Position numbers and translations under genes: made by a program
Notes under the pieces: generated by a model
What the model was told of the DNA's origin: nothing
Database searches by the model: none
What the model saw: the letters and a program-made list of their open reading frames with translations, nothing else
NCBI GenBank assembly: GCA_028534125.1
Contig: CM052816.1
Location: 80,788,001-80,852,000 of the forward strand
Reading direction: 5' to 3'
DNA from: Lama glama
Lineage: Eukaryota
Length of the DNA: 64,000 bases
Shown here: one piece after another, positions 36,925-49,239 of the stretch
How the letters are laid out: each line of letters opens with the position of its first letter
How positions within the stretch are numbered: position 1 is the stretch's first letter

Positions 36925-37700
36925 ATTTCTAGACATCTCAATTTGTTTAATAGGCATTTGGAACTTGTCATGTTTAAAATTGAACTCATTGTCAATACTT
37001 CAAATATAATGAAAAGCATGCCTTGTTTCAGTGCAGGGTATCACCTCCATGCCAGAAGACAGCGCTCACTTCCTATTTCCAATTGGTCAATATGTCCTGT
37101 AGATTTTACCTCTTTACATCTTTCCAGTTAATTCCTTCATTTCCATGCCCCCTGCTACTGTCTATTTAGACCCATAGCATTCCCTCTCCCTAGGTCCAAA
37201 TTACTGCAGACATGGCTTTCCTTTGCCTTCAGTCCTCAGACTTCTTCAGTAACTAATCCATCTGTCACACTGTGATCTTAAGATCATTCTATATATATTT
37301 ACATATATATATATATATATAAAATTTTATATATATATAAAATTCACTTCAAAAGTAATGCCACTTTTCTTCTTGACTGCCTGGGCACAGGCTATGCTTT
37401 CTTTTTAATGTCCAGAGTGAAGTTTAATTTTTCTTTTAATACCCATGACCCTCATGATCTGTCTCTTTTCTTCCTCTGCAGCTCACTTCACACTGCTTCC
37501 TTACCTGAATCCACACAGAGTGGATGTGTTATGCTGTTCCATGCCTCCATGCTTTTACACATGCAGTTATCTTCTTTCATTCTTATTTACCTTCAATACA
37601 TCTTCCTCTTCTAGCTTCTTCTAGAAAAGTCTATGTGTCTTTTAAAAATCAGCTTTAACGTACCCTCTTCTTGAAAGTCTTCCCCTGACTACCAATCTGA
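36925..37700 (+). mobile_element. L2 fragment containing a (TA)n expansion
   Basis: TCTAGACATCTC...TAATAGGCATTTGGAACTTGTCATGTTTAAAATTGAACTC...TCCTGTAGATTTTACCTC...CATGCCTCCATGCTTTTACACATGC...AAAGTCTTCCCCTGAC. Confidence 0.65.
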
Positions 37701-37879
37701 TTTAATTGCCACTATGCTTAGCATAGTGTAATAAATAATAGAATTCACCATTTTGTTTTTTTCTTGGGAGAAGTCAAGTAGTTTAACTAAAGTTAGTTAT
37801 AAAACTTGGATTGAGACCCACCAGTTCCTCTACATTTACTCTCAAACTTTCTAAATTATTCTAAGTTGGATTGCTGATT

Positions 37880-38058
37880 ACATTTAGAGGGAGGTATCTG
37901 AGAGGGGGCATAAGGGCTTGCAGGAGTACTGATAATGTTCTGTATATTGACCTGGGTGGTGTCTTCATAAATATAAACATAATATGTATCAGTTAATCCT
38001 TTTACTGTGTACTTAAATTTGCACTTGACTATAAGTTATGCTTCAGTTTTTAAAAATG
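37880..38058 (+). mobile_element. L1ME/MD 3' terminus
   Basis: GGGGCATAAGGG...CTGATAATGTTCTGTATATTGACCTGGGTGGTG...TGTACTTAAATTTGCACTTGACT...TTATGCTTCA. Confidence 0.7.
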
Positions 38059-41000
38059 AATATAAGTAGCTGATTTTTTAACTATAAAATTTGTTTCCAG
38101 GCCATTTTGTTCATTTCTCTTTTGCCTATCAAATGAAATCATAGGAACCTTGCTTCTAGATGATAATTTTAAATAGCGAGCTATGTTTAGCTTTCTGTGA
38201 AGGAGGGCTTTTAAAATCTTAACTTCTCAGTAGACAATGAAGTAATAAAATGGGATTCATCGGAAAAATGGCTTAATACTTGCTTTACTTATGTTTCTGC
38301 TGTTTGCTGTATCTTCCCCAAATATTTATTTTATTGTGCTAGGTTTTAATCTCCTTGCTACTGGCATGTTCTTTTTAGCTTTTCAAGGTTACCAAAACTA
38401 AAGATTGTATGAATTGTCTCATCAAGGTTATTTTTAAAATCCTGATGAGAAAAATAACGAATCCCTCTTGATTTTCAACTTTGAGGTCTTATATCCTTGT
38501 ATTAATCATTATACTGCATGATCTTTAAACTCTTAATCCTGAATCTATGATTCCACTTCGAGTGGTTTTCCATGAAGAGAGATTTTTGGTAAGAATTGCA
38601 TCCACTCTTTGCTATGTCTTCCAAGAGGAACTTCAAAAATAGAGTTGTAAGTTTCATTGCAGACTGTTTAGTTTACTGTTGCATCTCCAGCACCTAAAAC
38701 GGTCCCTGGCACATAGTTGATGGTCAATTATAATAACAGCAATATTGATAAATGAATAATTGAAATGACTGAAACAGTGTAGAATATGCTGCTCATTCCT
38801 CTGCTCCTAGATCTGCTATGATTCACAATTGTCTAATTTTGGTCATTTGTCTTCTGAACAATTTAACATTTAGAAATTCAATTTATAACTTACAGAAAAG
38901 GCCTTCATAACAGTTTCCAACTTTCATTTACTATTTTAACAAATGCACTTAGTGAAGAAACATATGATTATGTGCTATTTTTATTTTGCTCAAAAATTTA
39001 ACTAGAATTAGTAATATAGTTCATAGAAAAATTTTAGTATGTTTTTACTATTGAGAGATTTCATGAATTCTTAAATTTGAATTTTAAAAAATACGTTAAA
39101 AAAAGAAGCAAGTGAAAGAAGCAATTTAATTTATCCTCAGCTATTCCAGATTGATGCGTTAATACAACCCATTGCACTGGATTAAGTTCTGGAGATCAAT
39201 TTAATTGTCTTCCAGAGCTGGAGAATGTCTGCTGATACCTAGAGAGTACATAATGGAACCTTCTAAAAAGACTTTTTTTTTCATTGATTATTGCCTTGTA
39301 CTAAATCTTTCTGTCAAAGCTTTACTCAATTTTTGTAATGCATGTTATCATATTTTGATTTTTTTCAGTCTCCTCTAGATCTAACCAATTTTTTGTACTA
39401 GATCTAACCATTTTTACTTAAAATTGGCCCCTTATTAAATCTGGGCAGTTGTGGAGAGGAGGGACTGGGGAAGGAGATTAAAGTTGCTTAAAAAAATCAC
39501 ATTGCTACATAAATCTTAATAAAATTCCTTAGAGAAAGTAAGGGTGCAAGTTCTCACAGTAATTTTAATTTTAATCCTTTTTCATCAAGAGATAGCTAAA
39601 GCCAACAATGCACAGTTGGGACCTCTTTGTCAGGTTATATACTTAGAAATAAATGTAGCCTTTAAAAATATTGGTTTCTGGGAAATCAGGAATAATAAAC
39701 CTTTTGACACTTCTTGTCATAGCTACTCATCAACCAATAATTCTGGAATCAGCTTGTTTATCATGGTGTAACAACACTCAGTTTTCAAAGTTTGGATGAG
39801 TTTGTAGGAAGTACCATTTTTACTCTGTTGTGACTCATGTACATGTCTTTGATGTTACTATAAAATAAGGAGGCAGGGTTTCATTAGCCGCACACTAAAT
39901 GTTAGCCTCTTTATTCAATAGTTACATCAGCTATAGGTAAGGCAATCTAATCCTGTACCTTAACTACATTTATATCAAGTACAAATTCATTGAGCACAAC
40001 ACAGCTATATTCCTGAGAGATAGGAGCATCAGTATTGTTATTGTGGCATTAGAACAAATTTTGAACTTGACTGAGGTCAGAAGTAAACCTAGGACTGGAA
40101 TCCATAGTTCCTTCAAGTGACCTTGACACCTTGAGATTTTATTTAATTTTTGCACTCTAGTCAAGTAAGAACAATGAAATGGGAATAATGCTCTCTTCTC
40201 TATTTTATAGGGTAATATTAAAAGTAAGAGTGAAGTAAAGTCTATAGTCTTCAAAAAAATTAAAACGTTATGCAAACCTAAGATGGTGTTGCTATTAAAT
40301 TTTGTTTTGGCTAATGCTGATAGTAATTTGCAATAACCAGATCATTTATATTTTCAGTCCCAGTTATGTTTGTTAGGACTATAGAAGCAGACACTTAATA
40401 ATGTTGACCAATTATAGCTATTTTTCAGAGCTATGTTTTCAAAGGCAGCTGAGTTCTGGGAGAAATGTAGCAAATGATTCATCCATACTGTGGAAAATGT
40501 ATTTTTCCTTAATTTTTTCCCTAAAAATGAGAATATATTCATTGGGCATAGAACCAATACATTCTGATTAAAATCAGTTTAACACTTTCTTTTCCAAGAA
40601 TTCTTTTTCAGCTATTTTTTTGCCACTATTTTATTGTCCTATTACTATTTTCCAGATCTGTGCTCGATTTTGTGGGAAAATACAGAAAAATTAGGAAATG
40701 TGTGACTGACATCGAAAGAGTTTACACCTTTGTGGAATAAAATAAGCCATACATTTGGCATTTTTATTAAATGCTTTTTTGGAGATTACATAATTAAATA
40801 ATTATAATAGTTTTCATACCCACCAAAAAGAGTCTTACAAAGGATCTAGCCTATTAAAATTCCTTTAACTTGGTTTCCTACTTAGGATATTCACCAATAC
40901 AAATGATGCCCCTTCGTCGTCTGACCTTTTTATAGACCAGTAATTTCTATTGATTTAAAACAAAGTGTTCCTATGGGGCAGTGTGAAATGTTGATATGTA

Positions 41001-44000
41001 TTCTATATCATCAGAATGTGATTGAATTTTGCTGAATTTAATTTTAAGTTTAAGTAGTTTAAACTTTTTATCTTCATGATTGTAATTTCCTAGAAGGAAG
41101 AACCCATGTGTTTTACTTTCTTGTATAATCCAAGCATCAGTCCAGCGTAAAATGATACCATTTCCCCTCACAAGCTAAGAGCCTTGTTAGGAATTGTTAT
41201 ATACCTATACAAATTTAACAATAGTTGCGTGATATACACCTTTATTTAATGATATGAGGGAAGAACCAATTTAAATCTTAAGATTACCATGTCCACATGA
41301 AGAAAAGAACTTCAAATTATTACCTGACAAAATTAAATATGAATTATTTTCAAGTCTACTAACATCATATTAGATTTTCCTTTCACTAGCTGCTGAAATT
41401 CTGTTTATTATAAAAGATATTGAAAAAATAAATATGCAAAAAATATGGACTTGCTTCTTTCTGGTATATAAAATTTGCTACTCTTTTTAATATTGGCCAA
41501 TAAATTTTCTTTTCTTAAATGTTTGCTATCTTCCAGGGTCTGGCACTGAGCAGGCACACAATAAATGTTTTTCAGTTGAGCTGAAAGTGTAGACATGGTA
41601 ACAGATGAGAAAACACACAACAACAACAACAACAGCACCCAACATAAGCCCAACGCAGAGAAAACACAATAAAGGTGAGTTTGTTGCTCAACTCCCCAAC
41701 CAGTTCCAAATATTTCCTGTGCTTCATAATTTTGCTGCTGTTGAATCCCATTGAGTTCCTTTATTTAAAACCTCAAGTTTGCTGATAAACATGACAACAG
41801 AGGACCTGATTCTTTGACCAAACTGTAAGTGATTATAACTAAATGTCCATAAATAGTCTTTCACATAAGGGCCAGTGGGAGAAGGTCAAAATGTGTCACA
41901 TCCTACACTTGGCCACTTTTCCCAATACGCTTTGAGATCTGCTAAAACCTTTGTTTCAATGAACTTTCACTCAAGTGTTGCAAAAGGAAATGAAACATAG
42001 TATGTTGATGGAAAGTCTGCCCCAGTATTATGTTTTCTTTCTCAAAATATACTATTTTATTCAGGACTAGCCTAATCCTAGCATGACCTTAGCCATAATT
42101 ATACTGACTCCATTCACCTTGTGCAATTAACTGGGTAATTGCATGAATGTGAACATTCCTTTGGCAGCCTTTCCCCCATATAATTCTGCAGGGGACATCC
42201 TCTTCAGCTGCAATGTATTCTTCTGGGATCTAATTATGATGTCTCTTGAAAACTGGCCAGAGTACAAGAATTCAAGCTGATTTTCCAGGGCGGAGACCAT
42301 GCAAAAATCCCAGTTGGATTCACTGGAATCCAGTTGTAAACATTGTGCTCTTCAACTGCATTGTAATGGAGTAATCCATTACAATCTTAATTCACACATT
42401 AAAATTGAGTGCTAAAGTATGTCTTGACTGTCCAGCTTCTCCTTTAGCAGAGCTGAGTGTTGACATACTTACTGAGTGTTGACTGGTATGTTGGTAAGGT
42501 TGATAAACCCTGTTGTGCTTTCTTAGACAAGATAATTGCTCTTGCTATGGAGTTGCTGCAAATTGGATAACAGGCTCCAGCCTAGAAGAAGGGCCAACAT
42601 AGCTAATTTAGAGACTGAAATTGTTGAAATAATTTTAATTTCTTCCCAAGGTGAAAGAAACTTGTAATGATGGTCTGAACTTCTGAAGCACTGGCAAGAA
42701 GAGTTGAAAATGTATAAACCATTGCTCTATGTTTTGACTCAGTGGAAGTAAATGAAAGCACACATTAATTTTTGTGTTTTCTCAGCTTGTCTTATTAAGG
42801 CTTCAGAAAAAGACCACTGATGTTGGCAACCGCAGCATCCTTCTGTGGGAATTATGCTTTCATGGATTAGGGTTTTTGAGTTCGTTGAGGACAGAGTACT
42901 ATGTTTCGTAAATCATTCACCATCCAAATTCATCCTTCTCTTTAAATGATGAAATAGTCATCAGAGGAGAGGTATGTGGAGTAATGTGTGGAATGAACAA
43001 ATGCAGTCAAATGGATTCCATTATGTGATTAGGAACAGGTATTAATGAATCCCAATTTAGTTATTTAGTTGTAGCTGTATACTTGGTCCTGTAGCTTAGG
43101 GTGGTGGCAGCTTTTTGCTTTTCTTAACCCCTGGGTTACCTTATACAGTCCTCTGTTTTCCTTCTCAGTCCTTCTTCAATCTACGTAACAAAATTCCCTC
43201 TATTACACTCCTATATTCCTGTTTCCTTGGTTGGACCTTACTGATGGGAATGGATTTTGTTTTATTGATAGAGAGAAAGAATAAGAAAAAGTTGAAGGAG
43301 AGAAGTATAGTGATGTAGTTTATTGATTGCTAATAAATATTTTTGTATGCTTAGGACTGGCCTGTGAGCTGTCAGTTTTTCCCTCCTCCTCCTGTATCTG
43401 TAAGGCACTGCTCACTTGCAGTAGTTCGAAGGACCTGAGGTGGACACCAGGTCCTCAGTGATTGTTCTTATTGAGACTCTTATTCCTGCTCAGTCATCTG
43501 ACTCCGTCCGTTCAGTGTTCTTCCAGGAGGATATTGAGTTTGTCCACTGGAGGGCCTCTGTATTTTTCTATTAACGCAATATACGGAGAAGAAAGAATGA
43601 ATGCTTAACAATTCAATGTGGGAAATTAAATATTCAGTCCAAATGAATTTTCTTGTTCCCCCATAGAGCAGCATTTATGAAATTCAGACTTCATTTAGCT
43701 GCGTTTTTGCTTCTCCAACCAAATCATAATATCAATAATTTTTCTGTGTATACTTTGGTTGAAATTTTCTCCATAAATAAAGCTTCTACTAAAATGACTT
43801 CCTTAATATGATGTTAGATGTGATTAGTTCACTGAAAAACCACAGAAGAATAATATTTATATGATCAACACTGTAAAAGTAATACCTCAGATACTGTCTA
43901 GTCATGAGTGCTCTATAGAAAGCAATGCACATGCTCTCTCCGTCTCTGCCTTTAAAGAGATCAATCTCTGATAGTCTCTGCTTCTTTATCAGAAAGGTCA

Positions 44001-45019
44001 CTCCTTTGGTAAATTTTATTAAAGAATGATTTACTGAATTGGATTGTAAAGGAAACAAAACAAATATGATATGCAACAATTTGTCCTCCTTATGCTAATA
44101 AAAAACTGGCATAATTGTATGTCTCTTAAAAATACAGGTTTTCTATGGTTTTAAAGCATACGCAGTATTAAAGCATTCGGTCCTTTAAAAGACAACCCAG
44201 TGTGAACTATTGTGTAGAAACTGGAGAACTGAAGGCCAAGGTAGAAACCAAGATGGGTATTGTATCTATCCTAGGGAGCTAGCCCATTTCTCTGAGACGA
44301 TCTTGAAATATTAATTGCCTCCAATTTACATGTTTCATATCAAAAAATCCAGGTTAAATGGAACTCAGATGACCTAGCACTGATTTTATGAACACCTTTC
44401 CATGAATTAGAATTAGGATGTGTAAAGCCAAGCAGAGGCAATCAAGTGAATACAGGAGCTTTCTTTGGCTCATAGAAGGACTTGGACAGCCAGATGCATT
44501 AATACCCTGTGAGCATACACGCATAAAAAGCCTTATGTAAGTGTCAGGTGCTAGGCCGGTGATGATGGTGTATTAAAAATCGCCCGATAGGTGGTAACAC
44601 AAATCCAGTCTCCTCATAAAATAAGCTTACATGTTTTTTTTGGTAGGAACCAGCACTAGGCTGGACAGTTAATGAGGTCCAGAGCTGTTTATTAGTTACT
44701 CCTGAGGAGCCTGATGAAGTAGTTCAGTCATGCTGAGATGCTGCTTGGGTGGTGCTGGAAATCTGCCCAGCCTCAGTGCCCATTTTCTCCCACAGTGATG
44801 GATATTTCTGTGAACCAGTTGTCTGCAGTTTTTAGGGGATCTATCGCATGGAAATTGTGGTGCTTGTTTGTGCCTTCATTTCCTTATCACATCTTGGTGC
44901 TTGGGGAGAAGAGGGGATGTATTAGGGTCAGCTGGATGGCATTAGGTCAGAGGCAGATGGGAAAAAGATGGTCTTTGCTAAGGGGTCTCAGCCAGCTTGC
45001 AAAAGGCTGTGCTGAGGGA

Positions 45020-45225
45020 CTGAAAGATAAGCAGACTTAGCAAGTGCGGGGAGAGGAAGTAGCACTTCCTCCAGGCAGTTCTCAGAACTGTTTCTAAGCT
45101 GTTTACTTCCTATTTTGATACCTAGAGCAACAAGAAACAAGGTCTCTGGGCCAGTCTTTGACTGGCCTTGTCCTGAGCTTGTTTATCCACTCGTTCTGTC
45201 AGGAAGCAATTGTGATAAGGCCTCT
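45020..45225. promoter_or_regulatory. Candidate enhancer: inverted ETS pair with GATA and FOX motifs
   Basis: GAGGAAGT-agc-ACTTCCTC (45053-45071), AGATAA (~45025), TGTTTAC overlapping TTCC (~45100), TGATAA (~45213); motif content only. Confidence 0.3.
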
Positions 45226-47389
45226 GGCACTGCACTGGAAGACTTTTCTTTTCCATTTTGTGTGTGGCTTTTGATTGATCATGTTGTGAACACAGTGCTC
45301 TATTCTTGGGTTGATTTATTAACAAGGTTCAAAGAATCTCCACCATTTAGAGGGTTTTTTCATTTTGCTTAAAGAGGAAAGCATTATTTGCACCTCTAAA
45401 TAAGGACATTTTCCAGGCTTTCAGTTCAATAACTGATGAAGATGGAGTGGCTCTGTGGCTTGAGAACAATGCACCCACACTGAGACGTATTATACATATG
45501 TACACTTGACATCTCATTTATTGTGCTGGAGCAGACCTGCTTTTTTCTACCGAGAAGATGGACGGTGAGAGGCTTCTTAAAGAAAATACTGGTTTGGACA
45601 ACTCGTTTTGAGGCTCTAGGTACTATTCAAAGGGATTCTATTATTTTATTATACTTTAGGGAGATTCCCTTCTTTTCTTCACCCTAAAACCACTTGCCCT
45701 CCTGCAGCCCTTCCTTTGCAATGGCCCAGAGCTACAGCATATTTATTTTGAGTTATTGGTTTTGTATTGGATTGGGTCTGTGTGTGGACTCTGCCTGCTT
45801 TGGCCCAAAATTTGATTTGCTTGGTCCCACTTCAAATATTGTCAGCACCCTGTGCATTTAGGGCTCTATAAAAATATGAAACAATAACCACAACTTTATG
45901 AGCTGAAAACAGCTTATGTCACCACACTTACTTTCAGTGGACAACAGCAATTTCCACATTTGAAAAGCCACCAATATTAAACATCTTTCATTATCTCCAT
46001 ACTACTTCCAATAAAGCTGACATAATGAGAAATTGGGAGCATCTTCTTTCTCTGTGTTTTGTGTAGATATCGATCCAGTGAATGGTTTTCAAAGTAAAAA
46101 TAAAAAGAATATACATTCTGCCCTGTAATGAGAAGGCTTAGATAGAAAGTTCCTGTTATCTAGCAGCTGGTATCACTCGTCATGTTTATTTTTCCTTCTA
46201 TGCCTTGACCAACAGTAGAGGAACGAGGAGAGCAGAACACTAATGAAAACAGTTTCCTAAAAAAAAAAAAAAAAAAAAGTGTGACCTGCCTGCAACTCAG
46301 AGCAGCTTTGGTTTCTGGGAAATACCATCTCGAATTCTGAGCAGTCATCAGATAAGACAATTGTGGCACACCTGAGTAGACAGACAAACAAATTGGGTGT
46401 AAAGGACAGTTATAGAAGAGTTCTGATAATGACCAATGAGGTCATTTTATGAAGGCATTTATTCAGGATGGCCAGGTGTCATGTTGGGTCCACAAATGTT
46501 AGTCCAAGGACTGTTGCTGTTTTGTTCTTAAATTCCTACTCTCTGTGGTAAAGTAGGACATGTAGTGAGTCTCTCAGAAGAATAATTTTTTTAAAAATTA
46601 GGTGGTTACTTTCTTTAATGGGGGTTAAATGTCTTTTGTTTTATGAAATGGTTGTGAGTAGGTAGTCATATGTTTACTGTCTTTACTTGAAAAAGAAAAA
46701 TAAAAATGTGACATCCTAGTGTTGGTCACCAGAGTTTCTACTGAAATATAAAATTCTGTTGTCTTTTTTTTTCTTCTTTCATTTGTGTGAGTCAATAGGC
46801 ACTTACTGGCAGGGAGACAGAATCTCTGAGCAGGCATCTGTGATGTCTCCAGTAAGGTCTGGAAAGAACATATTGACTTACTTATGTGAACTATGTACTA
46901 ATCAGCAAAAAAAAAGAAAAAAAAAGAAAGAAAGACAGAAAAGGAAAAAAAAACGTGTTTGATATGATACCAACTGAGTAAAACTTTACAGTCAGTGGAG
47001 TACCTCACAGATGAAGATACCGTAGGTTTGCCGGGACCCCAGAGAAGAGAAAATTGCCCATGATAAGGCACATGCTAACAGGATTTCTAGAGGGACAGCC
47101 TTGGTTGTCTGACCTCCTTTTACCTCTGGGATCCATGCCCATAGCCGTTCATTGGCTGCAAAACACAGGGCAGCTGCACTGGATTCAGCAGCAGCGTAAG
47201 CCTGTGTCATATATTTGGATTCTGTTCACAAGGGGCAGCCTCCATGAGTCCACAAACAGCTCACTGGTTCTAAGGGCAAGCTCTTGAGGCTGAATGCTCT
47301 TGGCATGGCCTTTGTGGGTGATGGTACGATATTTTGAGATACGGTGTTATTTACCACGTTACCGTGCATTGCATGGTGAGGCTGAGGAA

Positions 47390-47720
47390 GCAGCATTGAA
47401 CAGTGAACCCAGGGGACCTGGTTCTCATGTAGGTTCTGTTTCTGATTTGCTGGTTTAACTTCTCTGGGCCTCAGTTTGCTCATTTGTAAACTGACAAGAG
47501 GTGGACTAGGTTAGTGTTTCTAGACAGTGTCTGTTCATCCCACCTGTATCAGGCTCAAAATGCTTGTACAAATGCAGATCTCTGGGCCCATCTGGCCCTG
47601 TTGAATCACAGTGTTGTGGTTTGGTCCCATAGTCTGCATTTGTAACACCCTGCTGAGTGACTCTTCCACAAGCATAAGTTTGAGAAGTACACTATTAAAC
47701 TAAATATTTCTGTAAGGTTC
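47390..47720 (+). mobile_element. MIR fragment with a nested MER5-type element (~47512-47695)
   Basis: AACTTCTCTGGGCCTCAGTTTGCTCATTTGTAAA (MIR); AAATGCAGATCTCTGGGCCC...TCTGCATTTGTAACA...AAGTTTGAGAA (MER5). Confidence 0.75.
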
Positions 47721-48042
47721 CTTGTATTCTTTCATTTCCTAATATTCAGGTTGGTGCTATAAAAGTAAAAACTGTCCCAACCCCATGGGAATGGCTAAGG
47801 GCCATTAAGGGTATTTTGTCCAACTAAACTCTTTTGTAGATAAAACTTTTTGGAACTGAGTTATCTCCAGTACTTTAGGTTAGAAAGATTGCTTACATCA
47901 CAGAGATAAATTAAAACAATGCCCTTGAGGGGGAAAAAACCTTCACAAGGTTTTGAAAACACATACATCCTTGTACGACATTCCCTTTCAGTCACCTTCA
48001 AAAGAATCTCTTGAAGATCCTAATTTCCTCTCTGTGGGCTGC

Positions 48043-48091
48043 GGGTCAGTCGGGTCAGTCGGTGTGAGACTTCACAGCCAGGTGACTCAGC
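48043..48091 (+). promoter_or_regulatory. Candidate DR3 nuclear-receptor element plus AP-1/ARE site
   Basis: GGGTCA-gtc-GGGTCA (48043-48057); TGACTCAGC (48083-48091); several CpGs retained nearby; motif content only. Confidence 0.35.
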
Positions 48092-48502
48092 TCTGCAGGC
48101 TTGGGCTCCGCGCTGGTGAGGATTCCACGCTTCTTGACTCCTTCAGACTGAACATTCGAGTTACAAGCCGCATGATACCATTTGGTAGGGATTGTAGCTA
48201 AGGAAAGTCCGTTCACAATCTGGCACCTCATAAAGTCAAATTTAGAGTTTGTGGGGTTTGGTATATATAATTTTTTTTTTTTTTTTGGTTTTAAGCACCT
48301 GGATGTGGGTTTTTCTCTTTCTGGCTGACAAAACAAAGTGGAGTTCTGTTAATTTCTCCCCTTTAAACACTTTATGATCTTTGCCTCATTTTATTTGGAC
48401 TTAATTGAGCAAGCTAGGATTATTGCACATACAAAGCAACTGCCTCCAGCTTGGGTTCAACCAGATGAATTAGAGCTTTGGATTTCCTTTCTCCAGCAAA
48501 TA

Positions 48503-48715
48503 CAGTGGTGGTTCTCAAGCAGGGACAGTTCCCCCTTTGGGAACATCTGACAGTATATGGAGATATTTTTGCCTGTCACAGCTGGGGCAGTACAACTGGC
48601 CTCTACTGGATAGAGGTCAGGGATAGTGCTAAACAGGGCACAAGTAACCCCCCCCACCCCATCAGCAGCATTATCTGATTCAAAATGTCAGTAAACCCAA
48701 GGTTGAAAAACTCTA
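48503..48715. mobile_element. MER20 hAT-Charlie element
   Basis: GTGGTTCTCAA...GGAGATATTTTTGCCTGTCACAGCTGGGG...CTGGCCTCTACTGGATAGAGGTCAGGGATAGTGCTAAACA...CAAAATGTCAGTA...GGTTGAAAAAC. Confidence 0.85.
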
Positions 48716-49239
48716 ATACTCACTCAGTAACTAGAGTAATAATTTATATATTCTGGGATAGGGGCACTTCCGTAAAGCCAGAGGAGTGGAGGATGGAGGA
48801 GTAAAGGGAGGGTGACTTTGATATGGAATTTTTGACACAACTTAAAATGAAAATGAAGTCCAACTAATTTCTAGGACAGGTTCAGGTTCAATGAGGTGCT
48901 TATAACAGATTTTGAAAAGGAACCAGGCTGGGTTGAATATAAGGAGGCAAGCCCATTAATTTTAGGCCAGGTAATACCAGACATTAGACAGACAAGTTTC
49001 ATTTGTTAACAGAGACATATTAAACATCTTAGCATAGTTTGTCTTTCTGATGAGAGTGACTTGAACAAATAAATTTTTAAAATATATATTTTCATGTCTT
49101 TCTTTTAAAAGTTATATTTTGAAGGTTCTAGAATCTCGATCTAGACTATCTTTCCATCCCTTTGGGTTTTCTCAGGCTCTGAAAAGCATCAAGTAGTTGA
49201 TCACTAGCTATAAAGGGAGCTTGACTGAAGGTTCTGCTT

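Noticed and set aside
43430..43455. AGGACCTG...CAGGTCCT inverted repeat
   Set aside because: An 8-bp stem with a 10-nt spacer is expected several times by chance in 64 kb
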